Positions 47,401-60,465 of a stretch of DNA of 64,000 bases are shown here, one piece after another. The notes under the pieces are model-generated. The model had not been told where the DNA came from, searched no databases, and saw only the letters and a list, made by a program, of their open reading frames with translations. Both the position numbers and the translations under genes were made by a program. Numbering within the stretch: position 1 is the stretch's first letter; each line of letters opens with the position of its first letter. The stretch comes from Antechinus flavipes (taxonomy: Eukaryota), in NCBI RefSeq assembly GCF_016432865.1, contig NC_067403.1, forward strand, positions 197,532,001 to 197,596,000, written 5' to 3'.

Positions 47401-49544
47401 GAAACTCTGGGGTTGTTAGGAGAAGAATTTATTAAGAGTTGAGCAGGAAGGGATGGGGAGTTGGAGATATTGGAGAGGGGAGATTGCTCTCTCCATGGGA
47501 AACTACCCCCCTTGTGGGTGCCATTGAGCTGCCACCATTGGGACTCACTGATCAACTCCAAGTGGAAGTGAGTTTTCTATGCGTTTTCTATCTGTTTTTA
47601 TTCCCCTAGAATCTTAGGCTCATAGAGCTGGCTTTTATAAAGTCCTAGAGGCCCTTGTAACAGAAAAAGAATTGGAGTCTAGAAAAGTTAGTGACCTGTC
47701 CAAATGGGGAGGAAGTAATTTAGGGCCAGGAACTTGATTCCCAAACCAGCCCACATGTTTTCCTATATACCATTTGAATCTAATTTATAGTCCTCCGGGC
47801 AGGTTTTAATCCCCCAGTTTGTTTCTAAGCTCCTTAGGGAAGAAATTGTGCCCTAATATACAAGACTGGCCATGCTTTTTCTTGGTACAAAGATATTTGG
47901 GTTCTAGCCCACCTTGCACAGCTTTATACTCATGGATCTTTAAGTGCTTTAACTTCCAGACCAATTAGATTTATTGTTGGTCTCAGATTATGGTCTGCAC
48001 TCTCTAGCCTCCATGACTTCATTCTGGTTTGATGCAGACAATGCTGGTAAGGTGTTCCTCACTTCTCCACTTTTAGAATCATTTTCTTCCTTCTTGGACA
48101 ACTTCAGGGGCCATCTCCTCCATTTAGATTTTTCTCATTTTAATCCATCTCTCTTGTAAAATTTTCCAAATTTTTCTAGACCTTTTGTCAGGATGCCTCA
48201 TTGATTCCAATTACATTCAAACTCACTTTTTATTTATTTGCCTACATATTGTGTCTTCCTCCTTAGATCATAAGGTCCTTGAGGGCAGGAACATTTTTTT
48301 TTCATTTTTGTATTCCCTGAATAAATGCAAGGACTAAGTTCTATTCCAGTCCTAAATTCTATAAAAGACTTCATCCTGCTCATAGACAGATTTTAGTGAA
48401 TCAGAAGGATGCTGAGTTTGAGCTCAGCCAATCCCATCCAGCATAGACAGATGCTAGGGCTGACACACTTACCTCCACTTCCTTTTGTCTCCTGTGCCCA
48501 TCTCCTTTTCTTTCTCCAAGCTTCTCTGCTCGGCTTTGGCATTTATCACTGATAAAATGGGCTGGGGAATAGGGACCTGACTCAGCAGAGAAGTTAATGT
48601 AAAAGCAAGCACATTGTAGTGAGCCAACCTGCTCATCCAGAATCCCTTTCCAGTTTTCAGATGAAATTGCAGGGAGAGATAACATTTGGGGACAGGAAAG
48701 AAGGAGCACAGGTGAGTAGAATGACGGTAAAGAGAAACAAGTGACAAGTGAAGAGAAAAAAGGGTTAGGAATTTGGTCCACAGGGGTCATGTCTGAAACT
48801 TAGACTTGCTCATGTCAGTGTCATTCACCCCAAAGGGATGCCCTTGGGGAAACTGCAAAGCAGCATGGGTAACCAAATTCAGAAGTGATTAACCCACGTA
48901 TGGAAGAAAGGCTAATAGTAAAGTAAAGTGACTACAGCATTGGGATCTCTGTTCCTTTACCTGCAAAGATTAAATCTCTCCCAGATCTTCTCTGCAATCC
49001 TTAAGATTAGCTCTATTTGTATTGACAGTCTAGAGTTTAGCTATTTGGCAAGGCTCACACCTGGATCCATCACTTGGACATTGTATTCTTGTAACTATAA
49101 ATGAGTATGAATAGATGAGTTTGTACACATGTATGCAGATGTATAGTGAGTGGATATGTCTATTATTTTGTTTGTAATTATACTGTGAATGTTATGTTCT
49201 TATGATTGTGTGTCAAGCTCCTGTCACTATCAATTGCTAGATTTGCTCAGCCTCTGATTTGTGCCTTCCAAGGCTCAGAAGATGCAAAATTGTAGCTAAT
49301 CTTATGACAGGGATATAGATATACAAACACTCATATACACAAATATGTATGCACACATGCACACCGATATGTACACACATGTGTTACTGAACATACAAAT
49401 GCATATGTGGTTTTCCTTGTACATGTGTAATACATACATGTGTATATTTACAAACTTATATTGTACATCATGCATTGCTATGCATACCTTCCTACATGTG
49501 CACCCAAGAATAGAGATACACACATGTGTATATTTTGGGGGAGG

Positions 49545-49700
49545 TTTTCTTTTCTTTTTTTTATTATAGCTTTTTATTGACAAAACATATGCAGAGGTAA
49601 TTTTTCAACATTGACCTTGCAAAATCTTTTGTTCCAACTTTCCCCCTCCTTTCCCCTCCCCCCTTCCCTAGATGACAGGTAGTCTTAATACATATTAAAT
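49545..49700 (-). mobile_element. L1 extreme 3' end
   Basis: ttttttattatagctttttattgacaaaacatatgc...cccttcccta gatgacagg. Confidence 0.8.
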
Positions 49701-49792
49701 AATACATGTGTATGTGTTGTATTACATAATGTATCGTGTAATGTATACATGTACATAGACAATAAAATAATTGTATATAACTATAATTATTA

Positions 49793-50014
49793 GAGCTTTG
49801 ACCTACTCCATTTTTGACCTGGGCTGGTTAGGCCCTTCTTATATAGAGTCCTGGGATAGTCTTTCACTTTTGGAGGCCATTTTTATTAATGCCAGATTTG
49901 GTGTGGACAGCTGATTGACTTAGCCTACTGCATCTCAGACCTCCAAAGATCAAAAGTTGGAACAGCCTCAATCACCTCCCAGCAGGATGAAAGGTGTGTA
50001 CCATTATCCTTGAC
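49793..50014 (-). pseudogene. 7SL (SRP) RNA retrocopy, 3'-truncated and CpG-decayed
   Basis: gagctttgacctactccatttttgacctgggctggtt and ggaggccatttttattaatgccagatttggtgtggaca match antisense 7SL (gagttttgacctgctccgtttccgacctgggccggtt; ggaggtcaccatattgatgccgaacttagtgcggaca). Confidence 0.88.
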
Positions 50015-50064
50015 TGGATGGAGTTATCTTTGCTAAAAATTAATTACCTGTCCAATACATATTA

Positions 50065-50280
50065 GAGGACAGCTAAAGCTTGGAGTCAGAAAGATTCTTC
50101 CTGGGTTCAAAACCAGCCTCAGATCTTTGTTGAAGGAGTCACTTAAGCATGTTTGCTCCACTTTCCTCATCAGTGGGATGAGCTGGAGAAGGAAATGACC
50201 AAGTACTCCACTGTCTTTGCCAAGAAAACCCTAAATAGGGTCATGAAGAATTGTATATGACTGAAAACAACTGAACAAGA
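50065..50280 (+). mobile_element. Mar1-like SINE
   Basis: ttggagtcagaaagattcttcctgggttc...gagctggagaaggaaatgacc..tctttgccaagaaaaccc. Confidence 0.85.
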
Positions 50281-51354
50281 TCTCATAGAACAACCCAACA
50301 TATGGAACTTTCTCAGGCATAGACACAACACAAGGAAACACAAGCAAAGACATATGAAGAATACTTCTCAAATAATCAGATTCCCTAAAACCATATCTAG
50401 AGGCTTACTTGGTTCACAACATTCTATTCCAGGTTTTCTTATACTCCTTCCTATCAAGATAATTATCTTTGCAGCAAGAGTCCTGGTTTAGGAACAGCAA
50501 CCCAGAACACTGGCCAAGACAGGCTCAGAGAGCACAATGGATAGAACAATAGACCTAGAATTGGAAGACCCAAGCACTGACTTTTGTTTCATAAATTACC
50601 AGCCATGTGGCCATGTAGTCAAAAACTGGGGTAGGTGAAAGATAAAATGACTGAAGAAACAAAAGTTTGAGCTTCAAGTGTATTGCTTTATTAATCAATG
50701 TCTGTCAATTGCCTAACAGATGTGAACCAGATCTCCTCAATTTAGGGTTAGTCCTAGAATACAGGGAGAGATAGGTTTTTATGCATTAAAATAATTAATT
50801 AAATAAGACCAATAACTTAAAAGAAAATAATTGATCAGGATGCAAAATTAGATAATCTGATTTCTAATTGGAAGAAAGATTATGGACTTTTTTTTTCCAA
50901 GTTGGGAGTGGGAGAGCAAACAGGTTTCACAAGTCACCTAACTTCCAAGAGTCTCAGTATCTTCACATACAGAATGAGGATGTTTGTGTACTAGATGGCT
51001 CTGAAATCCTTTCCAGCTCTGGGTTCATGATCCTATGATCTGTGAGTCATTGTTTATTTTCAAAATGGAGGTGATAATAGCAGCTGTCTCACAGGATTTT
51101 TGTGAAAACCAAATGAAATAGTAAATTGAGAGTATATAATACTATATAATTTACAGTAGCTATTATTATCATTATTATCATGCAAATACAAGACGATTTC
51201 CATGGTATGGCTGTTGGTAACAAATACCTTCCTGTCCCTACAACTCAACTATCCTGCCTCCTGATAATGGAACAGTGTGACAGACTAGTTAGAGAGAAAA
51301 CTGGACATGAGAGATAGACAGATTTAGAGGGATAGATGAATGGGTGAATGAAGT

Positions 51355-51385
<31 letters not shown>

Positions 51386-51459
51386 AACAGACAAATGAGT
51401 AGATAGGTTAACTGGATCCACTGAAATCCACTGAAGTTTCTGATACTAATAGTAAGCAA

Positions 51460-52730
51460 AAACTACTTTCTCCAAGTATTCCAGTGGTCTCTTTACTGCT
51501 AAATAAAGTGGTCTTTTCTCAGTCTTCATCTTCTTACATCTGTGAAGCTTTTGACACAGTTGACAATCCCATGAAATTCCTCTGTTAACTGCTCTACCTT
51601 TATTGCATTGTTTAATCATCATTTCTTTCCTTCTATTTAAATATGGATTCCCCAAGNNNNNNNNNNNNNNNNNNNNNNNNNNNNNNNNNNNNNNNNNNNN
51701 NNNNNNNNNNNNNNNNNNNNNNNNNNNNNNNNNNNNNNNNNNNNNNNNNNNNNNNNNNNNNNNNNNNNNNNNNNNNNNNNNNNNNNNNNNNNNNNNNNNN
51801 NNNNNNNNNNNNNNNNNNNNNNNNNNNNNNNNNNNNNNNNNNNNNNNNNNNNNNNNNNNNNNNNNNNNNNNNNNNNNNNNNNNNNNNNNNNNNNNNNNNN
51901 NNNTTCTCTCTTTCTCATCTTCCCTCTTTGTCTGTCTCTCTCTTTCTCTCTTCTCCCCCTTAGTCACTTAGTCATATTATCTATTTCCACAAGTTCAAGC
52001 ATCATGTCTATGCAAATGACACCCAAATCTATATAGCCAGCCCTGGCCTCTTTACCTAAACTAACTGCCATCATCATTTGGTTATTTGACATTTCCCTTC
52101 CCTTTCCTCAAGTCTAATATCCAACATTCCCAAACTAAGTCAGTTCAGATCAACAAATAATTATGAAGCACTTACTATGTATTACTGACCCCTCTCCCAT
52201 ATTAAATCTGGTTTTCCTCCAAACTTCCCTTAATCAAGCTTTGGTAAAAAGTTTTCTATGAGTACATATCGTTTTTAGAATAAAAACTCCACACTTGTTG
52301 GTTTGGTACATTCCACTTTCCACTGTTTAGTTCCTATCTATCTTCCTAAACTTATTTCATGCTAGGACTTGGAAATCCACATTTCACCCAATTTGCACAA
52401 CTTGGTACTCCCAAACCTCACATAACATCAACTTTGCATGCTGTCTCTCATGCCTGGAATGGACCTTCAGGTTTCTAACTCATAGGAAGGATATCAAGGC
52501 TCAACTCAGGTACCTCTTCCTCCATGAAGCCTTCCTCCATTCCCCAACTGTCAGCACCACTCCCTCTTTGATTTTCTTTGCTTTATGCTTATTTGTGAAC
52601 ATGCTGTATCTCAACATTAGAAGGTAAGCTCATAAAGGCAGAAATTCCATCTTTGTTTTCTGTGATTCTGAGATATATTCAGCATCTTGAACAAAGTAGG
52701 TTAATAAAGTTTGATTTAATTGAATGAATG
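51460..52730 (+). mobile_element. L2 (RT region to 3' tail) spanning a gap
   Basis: ggtcttttctcagtcttcatc..tttgacacagttgac; catgtctatgcaaatgacacccaaatctatat (YADD-type motif); tail aattgaatgaatg. Confidence 0.8.
51657..51903. other. Assembly gap (247 N)
   Basis: N run. Confidence 1.
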
Positions 52731-52913
52731 GACAGACAGAAAATAAAAACAGAGGGAAAGGCAGAGAAAGATAGTTGTTTTGGATCTGTATGTATTTCTG
52801 AATGCTTGTGAATGTATATGTATGTGGCTATGTGTGCCTGACAGAATTACTGGAAGATAAAAGACATGGATGGATAGACAAACAAATGAATTATAGGAAA
52901 TCATAGGTAGATA

Positions 52914-52933
52914 AATATATATATATACATATA

Positions 52934-52970
<37 letters not shown>

Positions 52971-52975
52971 GTATG
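52914..52975. repeat. (TA)n microsatellite with CA/GT interruptions
   Basis: Direct reading. Confidence 0.95.
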
Positions 52976-54073
52976 TATTTCTCTTTATATGTTGCTGTGG
53001 GACTGTTTAGTAGTATCATGAATATGCTGCATGCTAAAGTGGAAAGATTGGATTAAAACTCAACAGGCCTCGGTTAGAATTCTGATTCTAATCCTTACTA
53101 TTTATGTGAACTTCAGCAAGTTTTTCCCCTGTCTCCAGGTCTCAGATTCCTTCTCTGTAAAAATAAGACAGTCAAATTCAATGATCTTTAAGGTACCTTT
53201 CAACACTGAATTCTAACATCTTAGTTTGAAAGTCAGTCCTAACCAGTGAGTGTCCTACCTCAGGATCTTGTTTCTCTAAGAAAACCATTGCTTCTTCATG
53301 TAATATTTTTGAAAGAAACAGAATTTCTATTGGCTTTTGGACATCAAGTTGGTGAGATAGTCAATGAACCAACAATTTAGAGAACTATTACATATTTCTG
53401 AATTTCAGTTCTCAATGCTTTTCTGATTCTGTGGCCCTCCTTCAAAGATATTGGCTTGAAAGTCCTTCCTCTTGAAAACTTCCCATGATCTCCTGGCTAG
53501 GAATGCTTTCTATTTCCTAGGAATACAATTCAATTCAACAAGCATTTCTTGGGTGCCTTCAATGTGCAAACTTTGTGCTAGGTATGAGAGTTATTATAGG
53601 GGTGAAAGAATATAGAATGTCTAATCCACTCCCTCACCTGTTTTAATAGAATTTTCAAAAGTTCCTAGTTTCTGCATATTTACATACATACGATTGTCAC
53701 TATAACTATATGCAGAGATGTCATTTCCCCTATACAGTTATATGCCACTCAAGAGCAGAGACTATACCTAATTCTTGGAAAACTTCAAGATAATGTAGTA
53801 GCCTAAGTCATAGAGCCACTATTAACCAGCAGTATTTCCATTAACAAGCCAAATAAATCCTCTGAGACTCAGTTTCCCCATCTGTAAAATAAGGAAAAGA
53901 ATATTTCTATTTCTGTTTAAATGGCATACTTTGCTATTGCAAACACTTGACACACATTGTCTCATTAGAACACTCAGTCTGATGAATGGAATCAGAATCC
54001 TTTTCTCTCAGAGTCCAGGGACTTTGGAGAGCTTTTAATTCAATCTTTCTTTAAATGGAAAGTCTCCCTACTT

Positions 54074-54278
54074 AAGGGTTGTTAATTTTTTTGCTACCAT
54101 GTACCCCTTTGGCAGTCAGATAAAGTCAATGGACTTCTTGAAATCAAGCTTTTGAATTGATACATTATAGAAGTAAGTGTGAAATTTCAGTTAGTAAAAA
54201 TAGACATGAAATTGTTTTCTTGTCCAAGTTCATGGACCTTCTAAAACCTATCCATGGATGCCAGTTTAAGAACCCTAG
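54074..54278. mobile_element. hAT-Charlie MITE
   Basis: agggttgttaa..catgtacccctttggcagtc ... aagttcatggacc...gtttaagaaccctag. Confidence 0.75.
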
Positions 54279-54574
54279 CTCAACATCTCTGACTAGTAAT
54301 CAATATTGCTCAAATACCTCTTCTGATTAGTCGTTCACTATTTTCTGACCTTCTCCGTTTCTCTTCAGGAATTTTCTCAATTTTAGGATTTCCCCCTTTA
54401 TTTTTAGCTCTGTTTCTCTGGCTCTTTTGGCTCTTTGTCCTACAAAATGAACTGAATCACTTTTCTGTACAATATTCCATCAAATATATCAACTTTTTTT
54501 TATTTTGTTTTGAAAGAAGAGTGGTAACTAAATTTATTATGATATCATGATATGAGATTATTCACCACCAATTC

Positions 54575-55574
54575 TCTGTCTGATGACTCCCTTCTACCAC
54601 AAACTGTAACTCTAGATATGTGGAAGGGCAGTGTACTTTTCACCTAGATAACTTTGTCAGATGGACATTAAAGTTCCTAGCTGGCTGAATTCCACTAAAA
54701 CACAAAAATTCACTTAAGGAAATATCTAATAGGGACCATCAAGAGGGTGACTATCAGAAGAATTTCTTAACACAGAACAATCACACAAATCATTCTAGTT
54801 GCCAAAAATTTTTAGGAACTTAACATGATAGTTTTAAATTAATTAATATTATTTTTATATCTTTAAGTTAATAATTAATTAATTATTCACTTAGTAGATA
54901 CATCAACATATATATATATGTACATGTATAAGTAAACATTTAGTTACATAATAGAGATAAAAAAGACAAAAATGAAACTGTCCTCATCCTTAAAGGACCC
55001 ACATTCAGTCAATAGACATTTCTTAATTACTTACTATGGACCAGGCACTGTGTTAAGATGAACTCTATATTACATAGGTAAACTGTTTGTGATTGTTATT
55101 TTTAATAGGAACCTCCATTAACTCTTCAATAGAAATACATCAACTTTCTGAACCTCTATTTGCTCATTTGTAAAATGGGTCAACTGACCTGTGCTGCCTA
55201 CTTCACAGCAATGTTGGCTGGATCAAATGTCAGAGCATCTGTAAAGTGTTTTAAAAACAGTAAAGTGGCACAGAAATTCCAACTTTTGTAAAACAGGGAG
55301 GAGAAAAGGGAGAAGAAGGAGGTAAATTAGATTACTAAGTATTACAAAATTGCTCAGTTTCTTCCACAAATTATCTGTCTGATGACTCCCTTCTACCACA
55401 AACTGTAACTCCAGATACCTGGGGAGTGGGAGGCAGTGTCCTTTTCAACTAGAGATCTTTGAAGTTCCTAGCTGGCTGAATCCCACTAAGACACAGAAGT
55501 TTACTTAAGGAAGTATCCAGTAGAGACTATGGAGATGGTAGCTATCAGAAGAATATCAGACAATCACACAGATC
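54575..55574 (+). repeat. Diverged local direct duplication (54575-54791 and 55374-55574)
   Basis: 38 identical bp at the start, a 20-bp identical block aagttcctagctggctgaat, and alignable remainder. Confidence 0.9.
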
Positions 55575-56382
55575 AATCAATATGGTTCTCATGTGTTGAA
55601 GATTAGAGAGGTCATTATGATATAATGGAGTCAGGAAGACCTGAAACATATTGTGACTCTTCCCTAAGAATACCACTGAACCTCTCAGTCCCCTACTCAA
55701 CTCTTGGACACTATTATTTGAAAGGCAATTGCTGGTCTGTTTTGATAGAGTGAATTTCCTCTGTTGGTGATATCTACAGAACTAGACAAAAACAGAGAGG
55801 TTCAGAATAACAGTATTCCTTAAAAATACAAAATGCATAATTATTTCTCAAAAGAGAATGATAATGGACACCTCTCTTGGGTCTGGTTGCCCCATTTGGA
55901 CATGAGACCAAGTAGACTTCCAAAATTCTAGTAGGGAGAGAGATTAAGGAAAAAATGAGAAAAAAAAAAAACAGTTCATTGTCCCGATTAACAGAAGGGC
56001 AACTTTCTACTTGCTGTTGCCTACAGAAAGGATGAGGAGATAGGAAATTCTTTTTTGCTCTATTCTCCAAGACAGAAAGTATAGAGTCTGTCATCTAAGT
56101 ACATAAGAAACTGGGTCAAGGTGACTATATTTCCTTCTTCTTCTTCACTTCCACTTCTTCTTCTAACCAACTCAACTCACATGTCTATTACTATGTTATT
56201 TCATGTTAGAATCTAGTCTAGAATCTAGTAGAATGTTCACTCTAATCTCTGAAGAGCTGAAGACAATGCTTTCTTTATCTCAAGTTCTACCATAGCTGAA
56301 GGTAAATCAAAGAATCTTTGGTTCCCAAGGAATAAACAGTAGATCAGTGAGTATATATTAAGCATCTGCTACTATGTGTCAA

Positions 56383-56620
56383 GGGCAGCTAGGTGGTATA
56401 ATGGAAATAGTATCAGGTCTGAAGTCAGGAAGACTCATTTTCCTGAATTCAAATCTGGCCTTGGATACTTTCTAGCTGTATAACCCTGTTTGCCTCAGTT
56501 TCCCCATGTGTAAAATGAGCTGCAGAAGAAAATGGCAAACAACTCCAGGATCTTTGCTAAGAAAACCCTAAATGGGATCATGGAAAGTTGGACATGACTG
56601 AAAAGACTGAACAACAACAA
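56383..56620 (+). mobile_element. Mar1-like SINE, full length
   Basis: gggcagctaggtgg...gaattcaaatctggcc...ggatctttgctaagaaaacc..gttggacatgactgaa..caacaacaac. Confidence 0.88.
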
Positions 56621-57489
56621 CTAAGTATTGGGAACTGTGTTATATTCAGAGAAACACAAATATATAAGCAAGAAAGTCTCTGAATTCAAAGAGCTTACAT
56701 TCTGGAGGCAGAGAGAAGAGGTAGCCAGTTTTTAATCAAGGGAATCATTGCTCATTCACAATAGAAAGTCTCAATCTCAATTTCATCAACATAAATTATT
56801 GTGGACCACAGTTTTAAATTAAAAAGATCCTACCCTGTTTAACAACAAAAGGCTTCTGTCCCATTCATCTGGCCAACCTCAAATGTTGATCTGGCTAAAA
56901 TGGTCAAGAAACTTAAGAGTCTACCCCATCTCCATCCCAGTCAGTTAGACAGTAATTTGATCACAGGGACACAAATTTAGAGTTGGAAAGGACCTTGAAA
57001 GTAATTTAATCTAACTCTCATTTTCCAAATGAAGAAACCACAACCTGAGAAAAGTCCACTTGCTTAAGATCATACATTTAATAGAAACCAGGATTTGAAC
57101 CTAGATACTTTGATTCTATAGCCAATAATGAGCTTTCCACTGTACCATGTTGAATACTTTTAATATTGACAAGAATGGCTGTGACTAGAAAGTTTCCTAA
57201 TATATTTACCCATTGCCACTCCTTGGCCACTATCATACCTGCTCCATTATGGCTACATGGATAAATTCTAATCCAAGACTCCTTTCAGATCTATCCCCTA
57301 TTAGCTTGTGGAGATGATGATGATGGAGGTGATGGTGATGATAATGGTGATGATGATTATAATAGCTTCTCTCTAAAATTCACTCCTCCTGGAAGGTAAC
57401 TCTGGAAATACTGCAAGATTTCTCAGCCCCCACCAACCCTACAGAGCCTTGCCTGGCCCTGACACCATTTGTAAAAGTGACTAACAGGG

Positions 57490-57950
57490 TGTTCCCTTTT
57501 TACCAGGCCATTAATTGATAACACTTAATTAATCTGTGGCCTGGAGAGATCAAATGAAGATTGTGTCCCCTGGACCAGGGACATATATTGACTTTGTTAT
57601 TCTAATTACGAGTCTGACCAGAAATAGCCCTTTGGTGAGAGACTTAACCTTTGAATTGCCCTCAGCTCTGCAGAAGATCAGCTCTGAAAAGCCTGACCTG
57701 GAGGGGCCCTTCACAGAGGTGAACAGCTCCACTCACACTCACCTCCAGCTTTAGACCCCAGGACACCCAACCCAGTCCCCTTGGCTTTTGTAATTACACA
57801 CGTGTGGTCAACTTCAAGGCCAGATAAGGAGCTGATCATTAGAGGAGCCGCTTGATTGCAATTAACTGCTTTATATTTGTGTATTTTTTCCCCTTCTTCT
57901 AAGAGCAATTAGATTTCAGTCTCTGAGAAAGCAAATTGCTTGGAGCAAGA
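57490..57950. promoter_or_regulatory. Candidate conserved non-coding element
   Basis: ccattaattgataacacttaattaatc, ctaattacg, gtaattacacacgtg, ttgattgcaattaa; repeat-free. Confidence 0.45.
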
Positions 57951-58040
57951 CAAAGTATAAATCAGGCTCAGTACAGTAGTCTTCCAAATCAGCATTTTCT
58001 CTCATCTCCCTTTCTCTCTCCTTTCCTCCCCTTTCCCTCC

Positions 58041-58043
<3 letters not shown>

Positions 58044-58112
<69 letters not shown>

Positions 58113-58113
58113 A
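58044..58113. repeat. Compound (CT)n(CA)n microsatellite
   Basis: Direct reading. Confidence 0.97.
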
Positions 58114-59878
58114 TTTACTACACACTTCATCCCTGCTAAAATATCAGTCCCTGATACCTCTGTTATTGCCTAAGGAAATTTCCTAGAGGAGAATTTGCTT
58201 CATGCAAAGGTTGGAAAAGATGACCTAGATTCAGAATCAAGTCTTAAAGCTCTGTTGAAATGTAATTTATCATTATCATTATTGCCACAGTTTCTGCTAT
58301 TCTTATAATTTTGTTAATGTCATCCCCTAAGGTCTCCTCAGCTAAGAGAAGAGGTGACCCTGGCTCTGGGAAGGTCTGCCAAGTAGAGCCCAATCTCTGA
58401 AAGCACTCACCCAGCTGTGATCTGGCTGCAGATCTTACATTTGTTGTAAGAGGACCAACCTATCCATGTGCAAACAGTTACCTATTCAGGTTGTCTGCAT
58501 GGCGATAGATTTTTTGACCACAGTAACTCATGAAGATTGTCTACAAAGGCACAGAGAGATCCTGGAATGTCCTTGAAGATCTCTGATTGGTTATTTCTGA
58601 GGTAGCCCATTTCTCTTTGGGATGCTTCTCCATTTTATTTTCTTTTGGTATGCTTCTTAATTTTAAGACTTTTGTCCCTTATGTCCAGATTTTTTCTTTC
58701 ACTTCCATCCATTACTTCTAGCCCTGTCCTTTGGGGCCAAACAGAATGAGTCAAATCACTCTTTTAAATGACAGCTCTCCAAATCCAAAGCCTCTCACCT
58801 CTGTTTCCCATCTGTAAAATGGAGATAGTCATGTCTGTGTTGTATGGTCTCTCAACAGTATCAAAAGAATCAAATGCCAATGGAGAATGCTTTGTTATTG
58901 GTACCATAACATAGAAATGTCAGCTTCTGCAAAATGGAAAGCGGCAAATTATGGGATTGTTAAGAATTAATGAGACTGCCCAAACTTTCTCCACCAATTA
59001 CAATATATTCAGGGCCAATGAGTTTTTTACCTAGGAAAATAGGCTTATATATTATATAGGCTTATATGATCATAGGACCTGATTTAAGGCTAAAGGAGGA
59101 TGTAGAGTGGGTAACCAAGACCTAAAGGAATTAGTTGACTTTTCGATAGTCACACAGACTCTCTAATTAAATTAAATCAAGCATTCATTCAACTGCACCA
59201 TATATATCAATGGAGAGAGGTGTCTTAATTTGGGAAATCACAGATCCTCAAAATATTGAAGCTCATAGATCATTCAGTTCAATCTCCTCATTTTTCAAAG
59301 GAGAGGTGGAAGTTCCTTTTGTGTATAGGTTGGACTAGACAGCCCTTCCAACATCTCAAATTCTATGATTCTGTATAACCATAAAGTAGCTGAAACCTTA
59401 AAAGGAAAATGACTTTCAACAACAGGGTCACAAAACAAAGCCTAGAAGCCAGTTATCCTGTCTCCCAGCTCACTTTCCATGGAACTCTGTTGAGACCTTT
59501 CTTCAGAGTATATCCTGGGGATTCAATCCTTCATTTGTTTCTGTTTGAAACTGAAGTTCAATCAGGAAATTAGGCTGCCTGGACGGAAAACTGAGAAACT
59601 TGGGGTCTAGTCCCAGCTAAGTTTTTCAATAACTTGCTGAATGATGTTTGGTTCCTCTTTCTAGGTCTCAGTTCTCTCCTTTGTCCAACATGGCAGATGG
59701 ACAAGGGGTTCTTTCAGATTCCTTCCAGCTCTGACACCCTATAAGATCAATAAATGGATGAATGTTTGAATGAAAAAAAGAAACTATCTACCTGGGAGCT
59801 TATCTTTGAGCTGAGAGCTTATCAGAGCCCTGGGGGAACCGATAAATCAGTCCCAGGCTTCCAAGATAGTGAGCAGAA

Positions 59879-59926
59879 CACAGCTGGAAACAGCTGTCTG
59901 TGAAGCACATCTGGAAACAGATGTCT
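59879..59926. promoter_or_regulatory. Twin paired E-box palindromes / GAAA-loop hairpins
   Basis: acagctg-gaaa-cagctgt (59880-59897) and acatctg-gaaa-cagatgt (59907-59924). Confidence 0.5.
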
Positions 59927-60324
59927 AAGAAACCAAACTCTAATCTTAGGTAAAATGATTGAGCCAATACAGAAGACAGAAAGAAAATTGGTTGCCATCT
60001 TGGAAGCAGCTGAACAAGGAAAAGGAAAAAGCATCACTTTAGAAAGAAAGATGGGGTAGGCAGAAATCATAGGACAGAACTGTTTGATGTAATTACCACC
60101 ACTGGGAATACAGAGGGCATGAGAAGCCTAGAGTCTTTGAAGCCTGTCTGACAAAAACTCGTTGTGAAAGGTTAGAATGTCAGTCTCCTCCTCTGGGGAA
60201 TGAAAATGGAGAAAAGAACTCTAGAGAAGGTAATGATAAAAGGCAGTGTGCATCAATCTCCCCAAGTCTCAGTTTCCTAATCTGTAAAAAATGAGTGGAT
60301 TGGACTAACTGATCTTTAAATTTC

Positions 60325-60465
60325 TTTACTGCTTAGTATTCCCTCCAGCTCTGATTCCATGTTCTAAGGTATTCCCCAGTTCTAACATTCTATGTTCTAT
60401 ATTCTGAGTGCCCTCTCAGCGTGACATTTTATGCTCTAAGATCTATCCCTGACAGACTCTTAATT
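60325..60465 (+). repeat. L3/MIR3-end minisatellite array
   Basis: A clear 33-nt unit, aggtattccccagttctaacattctatgttcta, with diverged neighbours. Confidence 0.65.

Noticed and set aside
5070-57865. Identical 14-mer ttgattgcaattaa at 5070 and 57852
   Set aside because: Several 14-mer matches are expected by chance in 64 kb of AT-rich DNA, and the flanks do not align.
59897-59933. Hammerhead-like arrangement ctgtga..stem..gaaac next to the twin hairpins
   Set aside because: The core is CUGUGA rather than CUGANGA, and no stems I/III or cleavage triplet could be built.
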